64,000 bases of DNA from Octopus sinensis (lineage: Eukaryota): contig NC_043007.1 of NCBI RefSeq assembly GCF_006345805.1, positions 55,800,001 through 55,864,000 on the forward strand, read 5' to 3'. The translations under genes were made by a program, and so were the position numbers. This document shows, piece after piece, positions 54,301-64,000 of the stretch (the first letter of the stretch is position 1; each line of letters begins with the position of its first letter). The notes below the pieces were generated by a model, which saw only the letters and a program-made list of their open reading frames with translations, was not told the origin of the DNA and made no database searches.

Positions 54301-54390
54301 TTATATATATATACATATATATATATATATACATGTATATATATATACATATATATATATATATACATATATATATACATATATATATAT

Positions 54391-54479
<89 letters not shown>

Positions 54480-54495
54480 TATATATGTGTGTGTG

Positions 54496-54583
<88 letters not shown>

Positions 54584-55464
54584 GTAACCTATAACCGCTC
54601 TATTACTCATACTTAGTGCGCTTTTATCATAGATATGTATGTATAAAACAGTTCATCATGACATTTAACTCAAAATAAATTAATATCTCTCACCTAAAAC
54701 TAGACTTGATTTAAAACTATAGCGATGTGTGATTAGTACTGGTCATATCTATCTTCATCACTTAAAACAGAATTTTCTTTTGATTTCTTTTAAAAACAGA
54801 TATTTATCAAAGGGCCATGGGTTGCTAGAATATTATCTGATTACTGTCTCCTGACGTAAATATATAACATGATCCTGAAAACATGGAAGCTTGTATGTGG
54901 TTAATCAAACTATTGAACACTTTCAGAGAAAGTGATTCGACAAATTTCCTGCCATTTTCTAGATATGGTTTATGTGTTTTAAGTCCTAAATACCTACAAT
55001 ACACGGCCTTAACTAGTATATTGATTGAATAATTATTTGATTGGTTAACTTCATTACATAGACCTTATTGAGAAAAGCTAGCTAAAATTGCTTAATAACA
55101 AGGCCCAATACTTTCCTATTGAAAATATCACATTTTAAATAAGCATCAATGTACGATATACTTTTGTTAAGAGTATGAATACATATTAGCTGAATTATTT
55201 GGTCTTGGTTTACAAACTAAAGATCTATTCTGAATTCTTACTGAAGATCGTCTATGATTTAGCCCATATAGGTGTAAATAGATTCTACATACAAACACAG
55301 ATTAACTCTGTAAACGAATAAGCTGTACTGTCGTGTTACAGGAATTTTACAAGATCTGTAGTTCTTTTGTTGCTGTAATTGCTAATTAACGGATGGATTC
55401 TTCCAACAGTAAAATCCAGTCGCACTGTTCTTCGAAATTTGTCTCAGCAAGATCTTCGTTATTG

Positions 55465-55625
55465 TGGATTCTTATGGACTAGCAGAACCAATAGAGCACC
55501 GGGAAAATGCATTGTAGTAATAAATTACAGCTTTTGAAGTTCTGAGTTCAAATTCTGCAAATGCTGGGATGATAATGTATTGAGACTGATGTAATCGACT
55601 ATTTCGTTTGTGTCCTGTTCCAATG
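55465..55625 (-). mobile_element. SINE family B, partial
   Basis: Family B motifs in the local sequence. Confidence 0.55.
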
Positions 55626-57050
55626 CTGCCGTCGTTCCTCCTCCTCCTCCTCCTCAATCCTGTGCATGTTTCAACAATGTCTAAATATTAGCTACATTTA
55701 GACGTTTACAGTATTATAATGTTCAATATATTTTTCGCTGAGAAAGTTTATTAAGACTGAACTATGTCTGGAGTGATTACCCATTGAGTGGGACACTTCA
55801 CCATTCAATTACATCAGCTTAACAGGAATTAATTCAAATGTATTTGTACTATAATTATGCGTGCTTAGTGCAAAACTTCTCGTACAAAGAACACAAGTCC
55901 CCCTCCTCCCAAAAAAACCCCCCAGAAAACAGAGAAAGAGAAGGCATAGTAGTAATATGGTCATTAAATAGCTGTGGAATATAGGCAGAGAAAATAGTGG
56001 AATGACTATAAATGACTAGCTGTGACCCCATTTCTAAAAAGTCAAACAACTATAAACTTACCTTGTGTGTCTAAAATTAATATAAAGATCCTCCAAGACC
56101 AGATGCACTCGCATGTGATTGATTTACAGTGGTCAGGTTACAGAAGTGTGACGAAAGTTTTTGATACATTCACAAAGAACATAAATTTTCTATTGAATTC
56201 AGTATAGTTTTAATTTCATATTTTATTTATATAATTTTGTCAGAAAAGCATTGCCTACAAATAAAAAAATTTGGGACTAAAATATCTTTGAATTTATCAG
56301 TTGCTTTGCTTGGACAACAAAATCAGTGCTCTGAACATTTCCAGACAATGTTTCACTCGTAATTCCATATAATTTTAGCTTCTCACTTATTGCTTGGCTA
56401 CAAGGCATAATAGTATAATTAAATAATTATCAACTAACTCAACTTGAATTTGCTTACTTTCCCATTACAATTCTAACATTTCTTAATTATGAAGCGTGAA
56501 CTGATACTTGGCAAAACGAGACTTTATTTTGGCTGTGATAAACACTGTTTAACGTAAGAGACTTTTCGGTATTTCAAATCAAGCTTTGGTTGAATTTATT
56601 TGTATCGCTAGCTAATGATGGATTTATGGTTAGTGGACTTTTCAGTTTGTGTTCTTTCCAGGCAGTGAGTTTCTATAAGGCAAAGGTTTCTTTGGTTTTT
56701 ATTTGTAATATAAACTCTAATACTGCTTTCTTGGTTCTTTTCACTGAGGCACAATGCAGATTGTTAAAGAGAAAGTGGGTAGGCATTATGCTTTTGATCC
56801 AGTATACTACTGATCTTCCCATAAGGAAACGAAAAGCATGACAGACTGAAATTTGGAACCAAGAACTTAAGGCATACGAAAATAGTTTTAGTAAAGAAAC
56901 CAGTTCGCCTTTCTGACATACTCCCTTCATCAAAACAACAGTGATGACAACAGAATAGACCACAGGTGAACATACAGTTCTTGTTGCTTTGGGTACAATT
57001 ACTCGCAACGAGAGTAATGATGAATTTGAATCCACCGAATAACGTGAAGT

Positions 57051-58620
57051 TTGAAGGAAATCTGGACAAAAACTACGAGATCTGCAACCAATATGACATT
57101 GAAAGTCAATGAAAAAATGCAAATAATGAAGAGACATTATTGGTTTCTTTCGATGTTATCAATCTCTTACACCAATATCCAACATGACTATGGAATAGAA
57201 GCAATACAATTCTGGTTGAAAAAGTACCCCGGAGAAATTCCGGAACACATAAACCAGGTTTTTATTATTGAAACATTAAAATTTATACTTCACAACAATT
57301 ATTTCCTCTTTGACGACACCTACTATCGTCAAAAATGCAGAATTGCAATGGGAACAAAAGCAGCCCCTGTTCCTGCGAACCTAATAATGGGATATTTTGA
57401 ATTCATCATATCTGAAGTGCCACTGCAAAAACATGGATATCCATTTCACCATTATATAAGGAAAAGCTGGATGACTGCTTTATCATTTGGCCTGATACCA
57501 CTGATAAGCTTTTGGAACTTAAATCAATACTAAATAATATAACCCCTAGCATTCAATTTTCAATGGAATATGCAACGAACAGCTCCCAGGATCTCCGTCT
57601 TTAAGATCTCAGAGCAACACTAACTGAGAGACAATATCCACCCTCGCTTATAGATGATGGAATTAAGCGTGCCTAGAAATTAGGCATTAAAACACAAAGG
57701 GAAACAAAACGTAACACCACATCTCAGAACACTACCATATATATCAACGCACAACTCTAGAAACAATGAGGCATATTGCACAAAATTTACCTATGTTCAA
57801 TAGGGATCCAAAATACACAACATTCTGAAAACACAAAAGTTCTTCAAATGCAAAAAAAAACAACACAAATCGCTGAAAAGACTTCTGACAAATGCGAAGC
57901 TTTACACAACAACCACAAAACCAATGATTAAAAAGTGAGGACATCCAAACTTTGGAACATACCCCAACCTTCAGGAAGGCTCTGAATTCCTATTCAAACG
58001 AGGAGTGAGGTTCACAATTAAAACCATCTTCACCTGTGTCTCCAACAATCTAATTTATGTTATAACTTGTTCAGGTTGTAGACATATAGGACATACACTA
58101 CATAGGGAACAGATCCGTTTACCACACTACAGATAGATTCCTTTGAGTGAGTACATAGAAAGATGTGCAGGTAATATCCAACGAAGCTTCACAGTTTTTC
58201 CCATCTACCAGCGCAAAGAAACAATTTCTGTACAACGTTTCAAGAAAATTTATCTATAGAAAAATACTGAACAAGCCTAAATATGAACGCATAACCAACT
58301 TTGAACTCAGTATATATTTTAATTAATGTTTACATACATATCGTTGTAAATATTTCATCTCACTAATTTAGCTTTTGTGTTTTTTGTATATTTATTTACC
58401 CCTCGCCCCCAAAATGAGCAATGACATCACGAATAATAACGATCACAAATTACCTCCCCTTAGATTTTTCTACTTGATGATTCATTTCATTCACATACCC
58501 CCATACACAACATGAACTAAAATCTTCTTAAGAAAATACGAAATTAAAATAATTTCAATGACATGGTTAGCAAAAGCGAAACCGGTCGACATACACAATA
58601 CTATTTCACTTATAAAATAT
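57051..58620 (+). mobile_element. Disrupted Penelope-like element (RT plus GIY-YIG plus terminal repeat)
   Basis: YTNIQHDYGIEAI, FILHNNYFLFDDTYYRQKCRIAMGTKAAP and ANLIMGYFE; GIY-YIG-like FTCVSNNLIYVITCSGCRHIGHT near 58030-58100; frameshifts and stops. Confidence 0.88.
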
Positions 58621-58650
58621 ATTAAAACTATGTAAACTGTGTGCATTTCC

Positions 58651-58702
<52 letters not shown>

Positions 58703-59635
58703 GTGTGTGTGTGTCTGTGTTTATGTTTGTCCCCAACCAACACTTGGCAACCGATGTTGATGTGTTTTCGGCCCTGAAACTTAATACACACACGCACATG
58801 AACAATTAGGATTTCGGAAAAAAGAAAGGCAAAGTACAAATTTAAAGTTGGAAGCAGTTGGAAGCTAAAATTCTTCTAACAAAATAGCAGTGATGGTATT
58901 GATAGTATGGCACAAACTAATAGACTGATCGATAGATATCAGAATTCTTTCTTCGGCGCTGTGACGTGACTCTAGCCAATACACTGAAGTGCTAACTCTT
59001 AGCTTTGGGCAGCAGTAGTAGCATTATGAAACTGTCGAGTTTATGGAGCTGAGTTTTCGTGAGATAAAGCGCCCTTCTTCAAAAGAAATTATTCTGCAGA
59101 ACACAGAGTTCTACAGACATGAACAGCATATAACGTTGAGTGTGGGTTCTAAAGAATATTAAACGTTTGGATGATATAAATAACTAGAGAGAGAAAGAGA
59201 GGGAAGAAGACAGAAAGTGGAGGGAAAAGAAGGAAAATGTAGATAATCTGAAGAAATTAAATGAGAGGTTATTGAATATCTTTCATAGTTTACAGCAGAA
59301 AATTTATAAAAACTGATAAAAAAAGTTTCAGCTTATTGTTATTCCCAGAACATTCATTGAGATGAAAATAACAATAATTCTATAGTTGATTTGTTAGATG
59401 TTAGTTTTCTTTTGTTATTTTTGTGGTTTTTCAGCTTATTATCTAGATTATTATGGTTCTGTCTTATAAAAAGACAATAAATAATTAATTATAGATACAA
59501 TTAAGTAATTATGAGCGAGTAAACACACAAACAAAACAAACAAATATTATTTGAACAACAAACAGACCACCAAGCCAAAAAATAGAAAAGTAAAAATAGA
59601 TACTAATTTCTAGTACACACATAAATTTATATTCC

Positions 59636-59667
<32 letters not shown>

Positions 59668-59722
59668 GCATGCACAAATATATATATATACATATATATA
59701 TATGCATATACGTATAAGTATA

Positions 59723-59816
<94 letters not shown>

Positions 59817-60166
59817 TGTATGTATGTATGCGTATGTATATGTGCATATGTGTAGGTATATGTGTGTATGTACGGATATATCTGTGTGTATGTATGTATG
59901 TGTATGTATATATATTTATGAGTGTATTTGTATGCATGTATATATATATATATATATATATATCCAGCTAAAACGCACATATCTACTCCCACACATATAT
60001 ACTGAGTGTATGTTTGTATGTAGCAAATACATAGATTATAGATAACGGATTACATAATCAATTTGTTTCGATTTTGTGGACGGGCGCCGCTGATGTAGCA
60101 GCAATGTATCAACTACTTGTCTGGATGTAATTAGCAACAGATTCACCTCTATAAATATGTGCATAA

Positions 60167-60250
<84 letters not shown>

Positions 60251-60355
60251 AGTTATATATGTATCTGCCTATGTATGTACGCACTTACGTATATGTATAT
60301 ATATGTATATATATGTGTATTTATATATGTATATATATATATATACATATATATG

Positions 60356-60433
<78 letters not shown>

Positions 60434-60536
60434 ATGCACCCATGTAAGTATGTATCATACACGCATGCATGTATGCACGTACGTATGTATGTATCTGACT
60501 CACATATACACCCAAACATGCACACACTCACATATG

Positions 60537-60572
<36 letters not shown>

Positions 60573-60733
60573 AGCACACACAAAAGTTATTGACCGCCCA
60601 TTCTCAATGTATGTATTTTGTTTGTTCTCTGGTACACTGTTTTAGCGCGGTGGGGATGACTCCCTCAAGGCACTGGGTATTATGATACCTGAAAGTCATA
60701 GCCACACGTGACACTACCCCCTAATTCCATTCA

Positions 60734-60968
60734 GGGCGTTAGCTGGCAGAAACGTTAGCACGCCGGGCGAAATGCGTAATCATATTTCGTCTGCCGTTAC
60801 GTTCTGAGTTCAAATTCCGCCGAAGTCGACTTTGTCTTTCATCCTTTCGGGGTCGATAAATTAAGTACCAGTCACGCACTGGGGTCGATACAGTCGACTT
60901 AATCCGTTTGTCTGTCCTTGTTTGTCTTCTCTGAGTTTAGCCCCTTGCGGGTAGTAAAGAAATAGATA
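60734..60968 (+). mobile_element. SINE family B, well preserved
   Basis: CpG-rich head, B-box-like gagttcaaattcc at 60806-60818. Confidence 0.9.
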
Positions 60969-61105
60969 TTTCAGCTAAATTTCAATGTACCGACGAAGAA
61001 GCATACACAGACACTGAGTATGTGCGGTGGATAATTTTTGCAACACTAGCGCTACTCCAAATTCATAATTGAATATATTCCTACATACATACATACATAC
61101 ATACA

Positions 61106-61203
<98 letters not shown>

Positions 61204-61246
61204 CATCTATATATATCTACCTGTCTGTCTGTTTGTCTGTCTGCCA

Positions 61247-61296
<50 letters not shown>

Positions 61297-61329
61297 ATGT
61301 ATGTATGTATGTATGTATGTATGTATGTA

Positions 61330-61590
61330 TATACTGTGAAAATAATATGGGTATAAAATTTAGAGAAATTTTCCTACAGGTAGCTAGAATGCATAATAAA
61401 GTGAATAGACAACATATGTTTCATATAAAATAGTGTACGCATTTATACACAAAAGAGGTGATATTTAACAGGACACCTTACATGCTAGAGAGGGCAGTGA
61501 AAGCCCAAACCACGAATAGTAGTAATTTCAAAGGGAATGAAAAATAAAATATTTTTATAGTTATCCTTAGATTCGAGTTTCTACATCAGT
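61330..61590. repeat. Dispersed repeat, homologous to 22712-22980
   Basis: Alignment by eye. Confidence 0.8.
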
Positions 61591-61732
61591 TAATATAAAG
61601 CACTGGTTTTATACTAATTAACAAGTCTTTGCAAGGAATCTCCTCTTGGTATCTATTTTACTTTAGTGCAACTGAAACTGATTGCTTTTATCATTTTTCA
61701 CTTTTCTTTTCACACATCATAAATAAATAATA

Positions 61733-62150
61733 GGCGCAGGAGTGGCTGTGTGGTAAGTAGCTTGCTAAACAACCACGTGGTTCCGGGTTCAGTCCCACTG
61801 CGTGGCATCTTGGGCAAGTGTCTTCTGCTATAGCCCCGGGCCGACCAATGCCTTGTGAGTGGATTTGGTAGACGGAAACTGAAAGAAGCCTGTCGTATAT
61901 ATGTATATATATATATATGTATGTGTGTGTGTTTGTGTGTCTGTGTTTGTCCCCCTAGCATTGCTTGACAACCGATGCTGGTATGTTTACGTCCCCGTCA
62001 CTTAGCGGTTCGGCAAAAGAGATCGATAGAATAAGTACTGGGCTTACAAAGAATAAGTCCCGAGGTCGATTTGCTCGACTAAAGGCGGTGCTCCAGCATG
62101 GCCGCAGTCAAATGACTGAAACAAGTAAAAGAGTAAAAGAGTAAAAAAGA
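61733..62150 (+). mobile_element. SINE family A, young full-length copy
   Basis: Nearly identical to the 24038 copy. Confidence 0.92.
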
Positions 62151-62199
62151 ATTACGACTCACAGATTTAAAACATGTAGACCTCCAATTATATCTCCAT

Positions 62200-62900
62200 T
62201 TATATTTTTAGCAAAGAGTGGATTTCTTTGTAATACATAGTGGACAATATATACATCAGTAATCTTTTTCTTGATCAAGAACGCTAATATTCGGAATGAC
62301 TCACAATTGCTGGGATACTATCCGCCGCCACTGCACTAATATTCAGAAAAGGAACATTAATTTTCTTCAAGTAACCCTCTGCACATCGCAACATTTTCTC
62401 CTCTGTTGCATCAGCTTTAAGGTAATTTGCAAACAAGAATTCATCAACAATGACCTTTAAGATTTGGTTTTTATGCCGCATATAGGCCATGCGAATGTTT
62501 GAATTACTGAGTGTTAACTCAAGTCGGATACAAAACTTGCAATGCTGAAGCTGTGACTCTAAACTTCTCTTCACATCAGGGACCATTTCACCAATGTGCC
62601 AACTCTGGTTGAGAGTTTTTCATCAGAACAATTTCAGTTACATCTGTAATAGCTGGTACATCATTAACGCCAAATCAAGATAACATACATGCAAAAATTA
62701 AACACCCGAAGCTTAGTGCAACAATCAGGCTCTTTTTATTAATATTTCCAAGTTCATACATGGTTGAAGTAGGTTTTAGTTATGCAATTTCACTTTTAAC
62801 AAAGACGTACAAAATGAATCGGGAAGAGCGCAGTAATATAAGGCTAATACTCAATAATTTCCAGACAAATGTCGATACATAGCTACAATTCACCAAATAC
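62200..62900. mobile_element. Rearranged fossil hAT (Buster/Charlie-like) transposase
   Basis: Minus strand VDEFLFANYLKADATEEKML...NISAVAADSIPAI (catalytic region); plus strand 62697-62882 HPKLSATIRLFLLIFPSSYMVEVGFS...LLTK (dimerization domain). Confidence 0.8.
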
Positions 62901-63589
62901 ATCTCATTTCAAATATTCATACTATATGAACATGAGTTGATTGAATTTTTATTGTTCTTTATCAATTTTGTTAATTACTTTCATTAAATTTCTTTTAAAA
63001 AGTTTCTTCTTAAAAAGTGGTAACGACACAAAGCAATGAGGGATTCACTGATTGTAAATGAAGAAATTTTGTATTTTTAAGTTTTAATTCTATTTCAAAA
63101 ATTTATATGATATGGGTTGATAAGTTATCAACGATTCCATGAAAGGGCCAATGATATAAGGAGTTTGCCAATTTTTGATCTATGTAAATATTTATATAAA
63201 TATCTAAATAAATATTTATATAAAAAGTGAAAAACTAGTTATATCTTTTAGAAGAATGTTCTGATAACGTTTACGCTACGTTGAGTCATTTCTGCTTGAT
63301 GGAATTAGAAAAATTTTTTAATATTTTTAACCAACTCAGTATATTTCAGATTTCGAAATCTTTTAATATTCGCCAAGAATATTGACTATTTTTGAGTGAG
63401 TTGCTTGTCTCTGGTTCGACATAACAACTTGATAATCGATTTGATCGGCCTGACTCACAGCTTATCAGGCAGCATGTTAGTCATCAGACATGTTCTTTTT
63501 CCTTCACAGAACTTGTAATTATTCTTCCTTTCTTGTTCCAAGATGGAAAGATTTCGTCAATAATCCGAAGACGCGGCAGTGATGCTGGT

Positions 63590-63880
63590 GACGTCAGCAA
63601 TGATGATGATGATGACGATGACAATGATGAGGGTGATGTTGACAACAACAGTGATGATGATGGTAATGATAGTGATCATGAGGATGACAACGCAGATGAC
63701 ATTGATGATGGTTTTGATGAGAGTGATGATTAGATCTTTGAAGTTGATGTGCTTGTGAAGAAGAAATAATGGAAGTGGAAGAAAAATAGCGATGATGCGA
63801 ATAATGAATGTTGGTGATAATAACGATAGTTGACTGTGATGTTGATATGGATAATGCTAGTGATAATGATGATGAATAGG
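63590..63880. repeat. Degenerate (GAT)n tract
   Basis: Direct reading. Confidence 0.85.
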
Positions 63881-64000
63881 AGGCTGGGTGGGGGTAATAA
63901 TTAAAAGAGGGGAAGAAATGAAGAAAAAGGCGGACGATATCGATGTTACATTTTCTACTCCATATACTTCGTGATTTTCAAAGAGGTTTTTTGATTTCAT

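Noticed and set aside
56590-57137. Overlapping ORFs of 83-154 aa next to the Penelope element
   Set aside because: No recognisable motifs or coherent splice structure.
58950-58985. TGACGT plus CCAAT promoter-like motifs (also TGACGTCA at 29918-29925)
   Set aside because: Short motifs expected by chance; the second lies inside a retroelement remnant.

Overview
Repeat-dense, AT-rich eukaryotic DNA with very abundant (TA)n, (CA)n, (TATG)n, (TCTA)n and trinucleotide microsatellites. The SINE/LINE content resembles an octopus-like cephalopod genome (inference, not verified). Almost all ORFs in the supplied track are microsatellite artefacts. Recognisable content: disrupted fragments of restriction-like-endonuclease (R4/Dong-like) LINEs tied to (TAA)n repeats, RTE and CR1/L2 LINE remnants, Penelope-like elements, four tRNA-derived SINE families, fossil mariner, maT, Tc1, Tigger and hAT transposases, a non-autonomous Helitron and a foldback MITE. 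No complete host gene is visible. One convincing 57-nt + strand exon (45615-45671) encodes a TMEM196/MS4A-like membrane segment. Best observations: a near-perfect 702-bp palindrome carrying two candidate minimal hammerhead ribozymes, a strand-polarised pile-up of ten retroposons in (ATT)n tracts at 8.6-12.6 kb, and an apparent CpG-decay boundary around 21-27 kb. Coordinates were counted by eye and may be a few bases off.
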